Assembly (NCBI GenBank): GCA_032718475.1
Contig: JAUCBJ010005335.1
Location: forward strand, 2,112 to 66,111
Length of the DNA stretch: 64,000 nt
Direction of reading: 5' to 3'
Source of the DNA: Nemertoderma westbladi
Taxonomy: Eukaryota; Animalia; Xenacoelomorpha
Made by a program: the position numbers and the translations under genes. Below, piece after piece: positions 25,799 to 37,289 of this stretch; position 1 is the first letter of the stretch, and each line of letters starts with the position of its first letter. The notes beneath the pieces were generated by a model, which had not been told where the DNA came from, made no database searches, and worked only from the letters and a program-made list of their open reading frames with translations.

Positions 25799-26179
25799 AG
25801 TAGTAGGAGTTTGGCTTATTCGGTGACATACCCAACTCATGACTAACCACTTAGGAATGTGTCATCTAGGGTGTCATTGGCGCCAGACTGTCTGGGTGAA
25901 ATATCCCAATTATGTTAATTAGACCCTAATTGATAGGTGTCATTAATTAATTAGTACATTTAATTCCCTAATAGGTGTCTTATGACTCCTAATTAGGGTT
26001 TAATTGATTATTCTAATTAATCAGACTGATTAGCACCCTTACATTGGTCATCAGTGTTGTCTAATTGTCACCTAGAGGGCCAAATGGGTATCATATGTGA
26101 CACCTCTGCTCTTTTATTTATTGATAATTATTTATTTGTATTTCATTTTAATTTATTTAATTGTATTACTTTTACTTTA
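25799..26179 (+). repeat. Non-coding dispersed repeat R1, left part (split by the CRE-like element)
   Basis: Reverse-complement match to ~39681-40080. Confidence 0.85.
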
Positions 26180-26313
26180 CTCTTACCGCGTAAATATAAG
26201 TAAAAGATAGTTCCATCACCTCACCATAACCTGAGCCTACCTACTGAATCTGCTATACTGCTATACTACTGAGTTATACTGATTATCATAAGACTGTTAT
26301 TTGTTTATATTGG

Positions 26314-29300
26314 GTGGTGATGTCACAGATGCTGCATTGGTGCTGCCAGTGCGCAGCTGGTGGCTGCGGTCCCACTAGTCGATGTGGGTGTGTTCGCGCA
26401 AATCGCCAGTGTACCCGGTGTGTCCCAATGGAAACTAGCCGGTATAATAACCCGGTCGTACCTCCCTCATTGCCCACCACCATGGCAAACATTGTATTTG
26501 ACGATTCACTGTCTTGGTCCGCCACTTCAACGCCTTCGTTGAGTGAGAGCAGTGACTCGGAGTTGGACACCACTGTAGTTGAGCGGTCGTCTGCCCCACT
26601 GGCGGTGGCGTGTGGCACGGACTTCATCCCTCCGCCTCCTTCCAATTCCGACCATTTGGAAGCCACTTTCGGCGGGTCCTTGCTGAATACTCAGGGTTCT
26701 TCACCCGACCCTACATGGGAGAGTCATCATCATCGCCTATGTCGTCTACCAAACCGCCGCTATATTGTCCCTGGAGGCAATGTTGGACGCAAGATGGTTG
26801 ATGACATAACAAAGGAGCTGGCAAAACTGTGTGAAGGAGGTTATCCTTCAGAACAACCTCTTTGCTTCGTCGCTATGATTTTTCAATGTGACCCGGATGT
26901 CGTGAAGACCCCAGATGTGCGGTGTACCCTCCTAAGGCGATTAGATACGTGAGAATGGGGTGACTTTGGGCCCCTACTTGTTGAGGCCGAGTGGTGCAGT
27001 AGCAAATTCGTGACTGGAAGGGGTGCAACTTCTGGGAACACATACCGGGTCTACAATCGAAAGGTCCTCGCCAACATGAACCGGTCAGCTGTGCGGAAAG
27101 TCACAGATCGTGACTGTGGAGGTGTTCTCAACCCCGAGGACCAAGCTGAGGGTCAGCCGCTAGGCGTGACCGTACGAGATGGTCTGGAACAGAAACACCC
27201 TCCACAGATGGATGTCTCCCCTGACAGTTTTGAACCTTGCAGCGATTTACCCCCACTCGAGGGCGTTGATGTGACTGGACAGCTCATCCTCAAGGCGGCG
27301 CGAGCTCTGTGCGGTTGTGCTGGCCCTGTCAGAGGGGACGGTGAGTTCTGGCACACACTGCTGACTCGATACCAGGCCCATAGTGCGCGGTTGCGTGAAG
27401 TTGTGGCTGGGTTGGCACGACGTCTGTGTAACACCATTGTACCCTGGGGGGAGATTCGTGCGCTTCGAGCATGCCGATTGGTTGGATTGGACAAACAGCC
27501 CAGGGTCCGTCCGATTGGCGTAGGGGAGGTTCTCTATAGACTCCTCACAGTCAGCATGGCGATGGCAACAAAGACTGTTGTTGTAACTCAGTGCGGTGCA
27601 GACAAATTGTGTGCCGGGGTGAAGGCCGGAATAGAGGGCGCTATCCATGCAATGGTCTCGATATTCGATGATGAATCCACCGAGGCCATGATTCTAGTAG
27701 ACGCCCGCAACGCATTTAACAGCCTCAGCCGTCCCGTGATACTGTGGAATTGCTGAGTACTCTGGCCGAGATGTTTGAGGTTTCTCTGCAATGCATATAA
27801 TGGTCACGCCGCACTGTACCTCGCTGGCAACAACCCACCACTGTGGAGCAGAGAGGGTATGATGCAGGGAGATACACTCACTATGCTGGTGTATGGATGT
27901 GGGTCCCTGCCTATGGTACACTCCCTACACTGTGAACCAGTATTGGCTTCCTCAGATTCGTCTCTCAATTCGCGCACCATCACCCATAGTCCATCTGACA
28001 GTGTATCTCTCAGTGGTGCCCAGGAGGGTTGCATTGCCCAGGAGGGTCACTCCGCATTTTCCCAGTCCATCCCCTTGCTGTCCCAGTTTACTCCCACAGT
28101 ATTCAGTCCCTTTCCCGCATTGTCCCAGTCCAGCCCCATGCTGTCCCAGGTTACTCCCACAGTATCCAGTCCCTTCCCTGCATTGTCCCAGTCCACCCCC
28201 ATGCTGTCCCAGGTTACTCCCATAGTAGCCAGTCCCTTCCCCGCATTGTCCCAGTCCATCTTCATGCTCTCCCATGTTACTCCCACAGTATACAATCCCT
28301 TCCCCGCATTGTCCCAGTCCATCCCCATGCTGTCCCAGATTACTCCCACATTGTCCAGTCCCTTCCCCTCATTGTCCCAGTCCATCCCCATGCTGCCCAA
28401 GGGTACTCCCACAGTATCCATTCCCTTCCCCGCATTGTCCCAGTCCATCCCCATGCTGTCCCAGGTTACTCCCACAGTATCCATTCCCTTCCCAGCATTG
28501 TCCCAGTCCATCCCCATGCTGTCCCAGGTTACTCCCACAGTATCCAGTCCCTTCACCTCATTGCCCCAGTCCATCCCAATGCTGCCCCAGGTTACTCCCA
28601 CAGTATCCAGTTCCTTCCTTGCATTGTCCCAGTCCTTCCCCATGCTGTCCCAGGTTACCACCACAGTGTCCAGTTCCTTCTCCTCAATGACCCAGTCCAT
28701 CCCCATGCTGTCCTATGTTACTTCCACAATGTCCAGTCCCTTCCCCGAATTGTCTCAGTCACTCCCCATGCTGTCCCAGGGTACTCTAACAGTGCTCCCG
28801 CTCACTCTCATGGTGTCCCTGTCCAGTCCCTTCCCCGCATTGTCCCAGTCCAGTCCACAGGGGTCGCGAGTTGGTTCCACAGTGCCCCACACCCAGGGAT
28901 CATCATCAACTCAGTGCTGGTAAGCGGATGACGCCTCGGCGGCAGGGAGTCTGCGTGGAGTTGCACAGTGGCAGCTAAAGGGCCCCAAAATTGGCTACTT
29001 CCCCGAACCGATCAAAACTTACCTGGTAATAAAGCCAGGACTGGAGGCGGAAGCCAGGGAAAGGTTCGATGGGAGTGGCGTCCAGATAGTCACCGGACAC
29101 CGGTTCCTGGGGGGATATATCGGCGATGCTGATGCTGAGGGACGGAACCAGGTTGTGTCGGACAAGGTTGCGGGGTGGGTGGAACATATCGAAAAACTCT
29201 TGGAGGTTGCCATGGAGTATCCCCAGACTGCTCACACAGGGATGTCCAAGTGTGTGCAGGCTGAATGGGACTTCCTAATGTGGGTAGTCCCAATGGATGT

Positions 29301-30300
29301 TGAGGATTTTGCCCCTATCCAGACTGCGCTGCTTCGACAGTATATCCCCTCCCTGTTCGGTATCCCATTGGGCCCCTCGGTTGAGGACTTGGTCCTCCTG
29401 CCTGTTCGCCATGGTGGGATCGGGTTGTGGGACCCCCTAATGCGGTTTGGCCATGCCCATGCTGCGTCCACCGAGGGGACTTCCCTTGTGGTTGAAACTA
29501 TCCAGTCTGGTCTGCTGCTTCACGTGACCGACCACACTGTGCGGCTGCGTAAAGTCCTCACTGAGTCGCGGGCCGCCCAGGATACCGTGTAGAAGATGAA
29601 AATGGAGTCGGCGCTCGGGGCGCTACCAGCCGAGCGTCAGCGAACCACGGAGCGGACGAGGCGGAACAAGACCGGGGGATGGTTATCGGCCCAGCCGTCC
29701 GATCTGGACAACACAGACTTGGGGCCTGACAAGTTCCGGGACAATCTCGCCCTTTTCTACCAGTTAAGTGCGAGGGGTGCGGTCGCCCATTCAGCACCTC
29801 CCACGCACTGAGCTGCAAATCCGGGGGTCTTGCCATCAAACGTTATGACGAGGTTGGCCAGGTGTTTGGCGACCTCTTGGCCTCGGCTTTCGGCCAATCA
29901 AGTATCGAGCGTGAGGTGACCCTCGCCCAAGGATACAATGACAGACAGGGGAGTGGCATCGTTTGACATTGCGATAATCAACGCTGATGCCAGCTCGTAC
30001 GTCCAGGCCAACCGGTCGACCAAGTCCCTCTTGGAGCAGTGGGCCCGGCTGAAACGCGCGCATTACCGGACCGTCTGCGAAGACCGGAGGATGTCCTTTA
30101 CCCCACTGGTCGGTACAACCGACGGTGTATGATGCAATGAGGCAGAGATTCTCGTTCGCCATCTGGCTGAGACCCTTGTCTCGAGACAAGCTGGGATGGC
30201 TGAGAGGAGCCTTGCCTGTGTGAGGGTGGAGTTCGCCGGAGGCTTCAATTTGCTCTCCTCCGATCGAATTCCCTCTGCCTCAGGGGTGGTCGATGGTTTT
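26314..30300 (+). pseudogene. CRE-like ORF: Cys-rich CXC-like N-terminus, RT, C-terminal RLE-type region
   Basis: CQCAAGGCGPTSRCGCVRANRQCTRC, LVGLDKQPRVRPIGVGE, GIEGAIHA, VDARNAFNSLSR, GMMQGD, QCW*ADD (YADD mutated), LPVRHGGIGL, and FDIAI...KRAHY...FTPLVGTTDG. Confidence 0.85.
28052..28880 (+). repeat. 63-bp minisatellite (3 x 21-bp subunits), ~13 units
   Basis: Unit CCCTTCCCCGCATTGTCCCAGTCCATCCCCATGCTGTCCCAGGTTACTCCCACAGTATCCAGT. Confidence 0.95.
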
Positions 30301-30524
30301 GGCGCGGGTCGGGCTTCGGGGATGGGGCAGGTCTGCAGGGGGTTGATCTGGCAACCCAATACTGAGTATTATTGTCCTCGTCCTGCCAATGTACAACATT
30401 GTGTATAACATTGTATGTATAGTTATACAGTAGGTTTGTTTATTGATACTAGCCATTGTTTATTGTGCTATAAATTGATTAAAATATATTATATTTCATT
30501 ATTATATATATTTCTTTAACTCTC

Positions 30525-30836
30525 ATTACTTTTACTTTATTTAATTGATTTCTATTTTTAGAATTACCAATAAATAGTTTTATAAATTACTTACCAAATG
30601 ACGTCATAGACTTTCAGCTTACTATACTTGGCCCTAGGGTATAGCTTCCTTACTGGTAAATAATTACTCTTAACTATATCCAGACAGCTTTATCGTTGAC
30701 CTTTGACCCCCAATTAGCTTTAACCAAGCAACAGGATTTTAATAGTAGTTGTATCCAAGCGCCCCGCCCCCTCTCGTGACACCTCTGATTACTAATTACT
30801 CTTACCTATATCCAGCCATGTGCTGTTCTATAGTCT
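30525..30836 (+). repeat. Dispersed repeat R1, right part
   Basis: Reverse-complement match to ~39383-39695. Confidence 0.85.
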
Positions 30837-31435
30837 GCCGCTAGAGGGCTTATTATCTGAAAATTAACATCTTCTCTAACTTTGTCATTTTCATTCCTAT
30901 TAGGTTTAAACTCCTTAGGCATCTACTATGACATAGGCTATATCTTTTACGGAGTTGCAGAGTTGTCTGAAGTTCCCCAAGCTGCCCCTAGAGGGTGTAT
31001 TATCTGAAAATTAACATCTTCTCTAACTTTCATATTTACAATCCACTTAGGTTTAAACTCGGTAGGCATCTACCATATCATAGGCTATATCTTTTGCGGA
31101 GTCGCAGAGTAGTCTGAAGTTCGTCAGTCTGCCGCTAGAGGGCGAATTTTCTTAAAGTAAAAACCTGATCTCATTTGATTGTTTTTAATCCACTTAAGCT
31201 GAGACTTGGTAGGCATCTACTATGGCATAGGCTATACTTTACCGAGGAGTTTGACTAGCCCGCAGTTCTCCAGTCCACCACTAGAGGGTGAAATGTTTGA
31301 TAGTGAACTCCTGATTTCATTTGATTGTTTTTTTAACCATTTAGGCTGAAACTTGGAAGACATCTACTATATCATAGGCTATACTTTACTGAGGAGGTTG
31401 ATCGACCCGCAGTTCTCCAGTCTGCTGCTAAAGAC
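30835..31435 (+). repeat. ~147-bp tandem array (~4 units)
   Basis: CTGCCGCTAGAGGG-like anchors at ~30835, 30982, 31129, 31275 and 31422; AGGCATCTACTAT..CATAGGCTATA in each unit. Confidence 0.88.
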
Positions 31436-31485
31436 TCGCATTTAAGATTTGAGGCACTCCTAAAGTCTCGAGTTTTAGGTTTGAG

Positions 31486-32138
31486 CCACAGACTATGCCT
31501 CACTGAGGCTTAGAATATGCCTCACACTGAGGTACTGATGCACAGACTAAACCTCACTGAGGCTCAGACTATGCCTCACTGAGGCACTGAGGCACAGACT
31601 ATGCCTCACTGAGGCACAGACTATGCCTCACTGAGGCACAGGCTATGCCTCACTGAGGCACAGACAATGCCTCACTGAGGCACAGACTATGCCTCACTGA
31701 GGCACTGAGGCGCAGTCTATGCCTCACTTAGGCATTGAGGCACAGACTATGCCTCACTGAGGCGCAGACTATGCCTCACTGAGGCACTGAGGCGCAGACT
31801 ATGCCTCACTGAGGCACTGAGGCACAGAATATGCCTCACTGAGGCACTGAGGCATAGACTATGCCTCACTGAGGCACTGATGCACAGACTAGGCCTCACT
31901 GAGGCACAGGCTAGGCCTCACTGAGGCACAGGCTATGCCTCACTGAGGCACAGACTATGCCTCACTGAGGCACAGACTATGCCTCACTGAGGCACAGACT
32001 ATACCTCACTGAGGCACTGAGGCGCAGTCTATGCCTCACTGAGGCACTGAGGCATAGACTATGCCTCACTGAGGCACTGATGCACAGACTATACCTCACT
32101 GAGGCTCAGACTATGCCTCACTGAGGCACTGAGGCATA
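31486..32138. repeat. 22/30-bp palindromic minisatellite, left part
   Basis: Unit GCACAGACTATGCCTCACTGAG with an optional extra GCACTGAG. Confidence 0.95.
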
Positions 32139-32267
32139 TATTGCAAACGTACTGCAGTACTGCAATGCAAAATATCACTATGCTATTCGCTTCCGACTGA
32201 CTGTAATGTAATATATATATAATAATATAACAATTCAAATTTCCCGCTTATAGTAATATTTCCAACA
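32139..32267 (-). repeat. 3' LTR of G2
   Basis: Identical by eye to 36720-36848; PPT AGTGGTGGAGGGA (32268-32280, minus) is adjacent. Confidence 0.93.
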
Positions 32268-32332
32268 TCCCTCCACCACTTATAAAGGAAAAAACCCTAA
32301 CAATGTTTATATTAAATTGTTCTATTCCTTGT

Positions 32333-33835
32333 TCATGGACCCCCTAAGTTCGAGTATATGAGACGTTCAGGAGGCTTCCCAGCTGTTAATCGTGTTGGTC
32401 GCTTGGTGTTATCCTCTTCCACAATATCTACATTGGTCATTGGTATAGAAATATCTAGACTCATCCCACCGTATGGATTGCGATACTTTTTTACATGAGA
32501 GGCATCACGAAATATCGTTTTACCATCAATTACACGTCTTGCTTGAATGCTTGAACCTCGTATCTCCTCTATCACAAATATATCTGGGAAGTATTCACCA
32601 TGCTGCTTACTTTGGACAAGAACTTTATCTCCAACAGTGAACGAGTGATGTTTGGCTCTATGTTTCTTGTCGAAGTATATCTTTGACTTCAATTTATTTT
32701 CGGATACAGTTTCTCTCAACTGTTCGTCATTGGTCAGCTTACCGGTCATGGCCTGATGGTGCAGTAATGGTTCTATGTTCCCAATCCTCATTCGTCTACC
32801 AAATACAATCTCATATGGGGATTTTCCAGTTGTTGGGTGGGGAGTTGCCCTATCTGCTAATAGCCTATTCATGATTTCGAGTTTGTAGTCATTCCCTGTT
32901 ACGTTAGCTATTGCAACAGCTTTTTTTATTTTCTTCATGAAGTTTTCAGCTTCACTGTTCGATTGTGGATGCCCAGGTGTGATTAGGCGGACATGAAATC
33001 CTTGCATCTCCCCGAATCGTTGCCACTCGTCCCCATTAAAGGGTGGTCCATTATCGGATTTGATTTGTTGTGGACATCCATAAGTTGCAAAATAACGCAA
33101 AAATTGTTTCTTTACGACTTCAAACCTCTCTGATGTGACGAAATATATCTCTGCCCACCTTGAGTACAAATCTACTATGACCAGTGCATAGTAACCATCA
33201 CGAAATGGACCTTTAAAATCCACTCCTATACTGTGAAATGGGCTGGGAGGCATTGGTTCCGATTTCAATGGTTCTGTGTGGTGTTGTTTGGTTACCACTT
33301 GACATTCATGACATCGTTTGGTGGCTTCCTTTGCGAATACTGTACAACCTGGGAACCAGAACCATGACTTCAATAACTCAATTGTCCTAGTTTCACCCTG
33401 ATGTCCAGTTGCATGTATTGCTTGTGACACTAGTGACTTACAACTATCTGGTGGAATGCATAACTCATTCATATAAACGAGATTATCAATGACTGAAAGA
33501 TTATCCCTAATTGAATAATATGGCACCAATCTGTCATCTTTTTTAAACCTCTCCCAATCTCCTTGGCTAATTCTTTCCATTAGAAACTGTAGTAGCTTAT
33601 CGTTCTTTGTTTCCTTCTTCAACATGTTTAACAATTCCTTTCCATGTGTGATATGTAGTGCTCGAATAATATTTTCCTCTTCAAGTTCATCACATACATT
33701 ATCTAATTCAGATGTTTCATCTCCCACTGGATTCCGTGATAGGAAATCTGCTGGGTTTGTTTTGCCTGCACGATATTCCAATGTATAATCAAGATGTTGC
33801 ATGCCTAACACCTGACGTTCAATTCTGAGATTCAA
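32333..33835 (-). CDS. pol: G2 RNase H C-terminus and integrase (separated from the upstream ORF by a frameshifting lesion)
   Basis: NPADFLSR, HATGHQG...CHEC, GVDFKGP, SDNGPPF, SNSEAE. Confidence 0.88.
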   Translation of the reverse strand: MNLRIERQVLGMQHLDYTLEYRAGKTNPADFLSRNPVGDETSELDNVCDELEEENIIRALHITHGKELLNMLKKETKNDKLLQFLMERISQGDWERFKKDDRLVPYYSIRDNLSVIDNLVYMNELCIPPDSCKSLVSQAIHATGHQGETRTIELLKSWFWFPGCTVFAKEATKRCHECQVVTKQHHTEPLKSEPMPPSPFHSIGVDFKGPFRDGYYALVIVDLYSRWAEIYFVTSERFEVVKKQFLRYFATYGCPQQIKSDNGPPFNGDEWQRFGEMQGFHVRLITPGHPQSNSEAENFMKKIKKAVAIANVTGNDYKLEIMNRLLADRATPHPTTGKSPYEIVFGRRMRIGNIEPLLHHQAMTGKLTNDEQLRETVSENKLKSKIYFDKKHRAKHHSFTVGDKVLVQSKQHGEYFPDIFVIEEIRGSSIQARRVIDGKTIFRDASHVKKYRNPYGGMSLDISIPMTNVDIVEEDNTKRPTRLTAGKPPERLIYSNLGGP

Positions 33836-36672
33836 TACATCTTGAATGTAGATATTGTGAAATGTGGTGCCCCAACTAGCATATCAGCAAACTTTTCTGC
33901 TGCTCCCCACTTGATTGCTCTAGCTTCTAACTCTGTTTGACCCCAACGTGATTCAACATCAGTCATTCGTCTGCTTGCGTAATGGATAGGTACCCAACTC
34001 CCTTGATGTCTTTGTGCTAAAATGGCACTCATTCCTCCACGATGTCCCAACTGATGTGCCTTCTTTCCAGCATCTACAAATAGTGCAGTTTCTTTTCCCT
34101 TCTTGAAGTAATGATCCATGGTAACATCAGATAACGACACTTTAAGAGATTCAAAGGCCTCTTGGTGGCATTGTTCCCATACAAATGGCCCCGTCACATG
34201 TACCAGATCAAACAGAATGGCAGTTCTTTCTGCAAACCGCGGGATGAATCTCTGATTAAATCCAATCATCCCCAGAAACGAACGCAATGCTTCCTTTGAT
34301 TCGGGTCTCATGGCTTTCTGTAATGCTTTAACTTTCTCAACAGTTGGTTTGAGTCCCAACTCTGTGAATGTATAACCTAGAAAGTTGATTTGTTTGAAGC
34401 CAAACTGACACTTTGCCAATTTCAGTGTCAATCCTTTTCTCTGGAATGCATCTAATACCTCTCCAAGTATCTCTGCTAGCTCAGTTATACTACTTGCTCC
34501 ACCAATAATATCATCTCTATAATTCCCCACTTGTTTAATAGTGTGTAAAATCTCATACATTTGCTGATCATAGAAGTCTTGAGCATTCAGAAGCCCCATT
34601 GACAGTCTACTATATCGAATATTACCCCACATGGTTGACATTGTGGTTAATTCTTTACTTTCATTATCGAGCTCTAATTGGTGATAAGCATGAGGCAGGT
34701 CGAGTTTGAAAAAATAACTACAACCAGACAATAGATCGATAAAATCATCAATTTTTGGGCTCTGCACTATGCGTGTTCTAGACAAATGGGAATTTAATAT
34801 TCTAAAGTCACCCACAATGCGGATTTCGCCCGGTGTATTTGGTTTTGCTGTGACATGAAGAGGTGACACATAACGCATTGTTTGGTCAGGGGGACACCAC
34901 TCTAATACTCCGCTATGCACAAATTCGTCTAGTCTCTTTTTTGTTTTATCTTGATAGTATATTGGTATAGTCCTTGGCTTTTGAATTACTGGTACAGCGT
35001 CCTGAGTTACCTTCAAATGAACTTTGTAATCCTTTAAACATCCAATACCTTGGAATATCTCAGAATGACGCTGTATAACTTTTACAACCTGTTCCAAATC
35101 ATCATTTTCACGGCTATTCAGAGACTTTCGGTTCGGCATATGTTTTAATATTTCACTTTCTGACAGATATTCATTGGATACATTTTTCTTAGATGATGCG
35201 ATTAATTTAATAGTTTTGTTTGCTGGTTGGAATTTACCCTCCGGACTGTATTTTAAACAACCCAGTTGTAGTAAAGTCTCCTCTGATATCAATGGAGGGC
35301 CTCCCAAACTACCCTCCATAACATAGCACTCTCTCACGGTTTGTCTAGTTTTGTTCATAAATAGGGCCATAAACTTACCCTTCATTGGTACTGTGGTTGA
35401 ATTTGCCGCCTTTACTTTCTGTTTTACTTTATTTAGTTTCAAATTTGGGTTTGCTCTCTTGATATCTTTCCAGTGGCTCTCATCTACAACATCAACATCT
35501 GCCCCAGTGTCTGGGTCTGTATTGAACCTTACATTTTCGATTACAATGGGTAGTAAAATTTCAGATTGTAACTGCTTATCTAGGCTTACCTTTGACAACT
35601 TCAAATGATGCATTTTATGTGGACTTTCCCCATCAGATTCATCATCAGTTTCATGAATTGAACCTTGCGAGTCTGAATCAGTTGGAATGTCCTCAATAAC
35701 TCGCCTGGATCGATACCCACTACTGGCATGTCGTCTGCCTTCACTAGAACCAGAATATTGCTTGCTATCGCTTGATCGTCCATATCTGGACCCCCCATAG
35801 TCAATCCATCTTCTCTCTCTCTCACTGCGCCGACCTCTGGCCCCTTGGCCATGCCTACTGTGGCACCTTCGTTCAAAATGTCCAATTTCACCACAACCAT
35901 TACAACGAGCGTTTTCAGCAGTACACCTATTCCTATCATGTGTTCTCCCACAACTCTGACAATACTGATACTGCTGAACTCTATTACGGTTCCATGCTGC
36001 ATTAACTCCCAACACTTCATCTATCGGTTCCTCCTTCACACGCGCACTACTGTTACCGACTGCCGGATTTCCCAATTTAATATCATCTGCCTGAACCTTG
36101 GATGCCATTTTACTACTGGCTTTCTCCAAAAATTTTGACAGATCCCATTCTTCCTCCAATGCTTTTTCTCGTAACCGATCATCCTTGACATGGAGGATTA
36201 AGTGATCAATTAACATTTCATTCTCATGATTGCCATACTCACAATCTTTAATTAGGATTCTACATCTTACATGAAACTGTGCTATCGTTTCCCCTGCATT
36301 TTGTTTACAATTTAGAAAACGGAAACGCGCATGCCGCTTGTTCTTCTTGGGGATTAAATGTTTATTCAACTTCCTCTCCAGTTTGTCGTACTCAGTACCA
36401 TCGCCTTCATCCGGTAATGCATCCTCGCATTCTGTTATTTGGTTTCCGCCAAACACTAGCAACGCCTGTTTCTTTTCCTGAGGGGTTGTTATCCCGAAGT
36501 AATCACATTCTCGGTTAAAATCCCGTAAATATCGTTCCCAAGCTTTGCCTGACGCAATTATATCATCCAATGGCTGGAACGGTTTAATGTTCAGTTGACG
36601 ATGCGATACCACTATTCTCGTTGCCGGACCTCCTTGAGCCATCTGTATACAATAGGCCTTTTTGCTATTCAC
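33832..36672 (-). CDS. gag-pol: G2 gag-protease-RT-RNase H (N-terminal part); probable ATG at ~36642
   Basis: CQSCGRTH..C, CNGCGEIGHFERRC, PDTGAD, LDLPHAYHQ, YRDD, LFVDAG, WGQTELEA. The expected TDHxPL motif is missing at the frame break. Confidence 0.9.
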   Translation of the reverse strand: MNSKKAYCIQMAQGGPATRIVVSHRQLNIKPFQPLDDIIASGKAWERYLRDFNRECDYFGITTPQEKKQALLVFGGNQITECEDALPDEGDGTEYDKLERKLNKHLIPKKNKRHARFRFLNCKQNAGETIAQFHVRCRILIKDCEYGNHENEMLIDHLILHVKDDRLREKALEEEWDLSKFLEKASSKMASKVQADDIKLGNPAVGNSSARVKEEPIDEVLGVNAAWNRNRVQQYQYCQSCGRTHDRNRCTAENARCNGCGEIGHFERRCHSRHGQGARGRRSERERRWIDYGGSRYGRSSDSKQYSGSSEGRRHASSGYRSRRVIEDIPTDSDSQGSIHETDDESDGESPHKMHHLKLSKVSLDKQLQSEILLPIVIENVRFNTDPDTGADVDVVDESHWKDIKRANPNLKLNKVKQKVKAANSTTVPMKGKFMALFMNKTRQTVRECYVMEGSLGGPPLISEETLLQLGCLKYSPEGKFQPANKTIKLIASSKKNVSNEYLSESEILKHMPNRKSLNSRENDDLEQVVKVIQRHSEIFQGIGCLKDYKVHLKVTQDAVPVIQKPRTIPIYYQDKTKKRLDEFVHSGVLEWCPPDQTMRYVSPLHVTAKPNTPGEIRIVGDFRILNSHLSRTRIVQSPKIDDFIDLLSGCSYFFKLDLPHAYHQLELDNESKELTTMSTMWGNIRYSRLSMGLLNAQDFYDQQMYEILHTIKQVGNYRDDIIGGASSITELAEILGEVLDAFQRKGLTLKLAKCQFGFKQINFLGYTFTELGLKPTVEKVKALQKAMRPESKEALRSFLGMIGFNQRFIPRFAERTAILFDLVHVTGPFVWEQCHQEAFESLKVSLSDVTMDHYFKKGKETALFVDAGKKAHQLGHRGGMSAILAQRHQGSWVPIHYASRRMTDVESRWGQTELEARAIKWGAAEKFADMLVGAPHFTISTFKMY

Positions 36673-36705
36673 TGTACCCTAGATTAGCTCGCGGCTTCGA
36701 AGTTT

Positions 36706-36718
36706 ATCCTCGTCGCCA
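36706..36718 (-). promoter_or_regulatory. PBS TGGCGACGAGGAT (tRNA-Ser GCU-like)
   Basis: 1 nt from the 5' LTR; complementary to the typical ...ATCCTCGTCGCCA 3' end of tRNA-Ser(GCU). Confidence 0.85.
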
Positions 36719-36719
36719 A

Positions 36720-36848
36720 TATTGCAAACGTACTGCAGTACTGCAATGCAAAATATCACTATGCTATTCGCTTCCGACTGACTGTAATGTAATATATATA
36801 TAATAATATAACAATTCAAATTTCCCGCTTATAGTAATATTTCCAACA
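36720..36848 (-). repeat. 5' LTR of G2
   Basis: TGTTGG...GCAATA on the minus strand; direct repeat of 32139-32267. Confidence 0.93.
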
Positions 36849-37289
36849 GCATACACTATGCCTCACTGAGGCACAGACTATGCCTCACTGAGGCACAGAC
36901 TATGCCTCACTGAGGCACTGAGGCATAGACTATGCCTCACTGAGGCACTGATGCACAGACTATACCTCACTGAGGCTCAGACTATGCCTCACTTAGGCAT
37001 TGAGGCACAGACTATGCCTCACTGAGGCACAGACTATGGCTCACTGAGGCACTGAGGCGCTGTCTATGCCTCACTGAGTCACTGAGGCATAGACTATGCC
37101 TCACTGAGGCACTGAGGCACAGACGACTATGCCTCACTGAGACACATACTACGCCTCACTGAGGCACTGAGGCACAGACTATGCCTCACTGAGGCACTGA
37201 GGCATACACTATGCCTCACTGAGGCATTGAGGCACAGAATATGCCTCACTGAGGCATAGACAATGCCTCAGTAAGGCACTGAGGCTCAG
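36849..37289. repeat. 22/30-bp palindromic minisatellite, right part
   Basis: Same unit as 31486-32138, resuming in register after the TSD. Confidence 0.95.

Larger units (their letters stand above)
26180..30524 (+). mobile_element. CRE-like (restriction-like endonuclease) non-LTR retrotransposon, decayed, 15-bp TSD ATTACTTTTACTTTA
   Basis: TSD at 26165-26179 and 30525-30539; the motif occurs once in the uninterrupted R1 copy. CRE-type RT motifs are present. Confidence 0.85.
32139..36848 (-). mobile_element. Ty3/Gypsy (Mag-like) element G2, full length 4710 bp, 129-bp LTRs, TSD GCATA
   Basis: LTRs at 32139-32267 and 36720-36848. GCATA at 32134-32138 and 36849-36853. PBS and PPT present. Confidence 0.95.

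Noticed and set aside
27893-28931. Overlapping Cys/His/Pro-rich ORFs as independent genes
   Set aside because: They are alternative frames of the 63-bp minisatellite.
31486-37289. CRISPR array (short palindromic repeats)
   Set aside because: Linkers are ~7 bp and near-identical rather than unique spacers; no cas genes; eukaryotic TE context.
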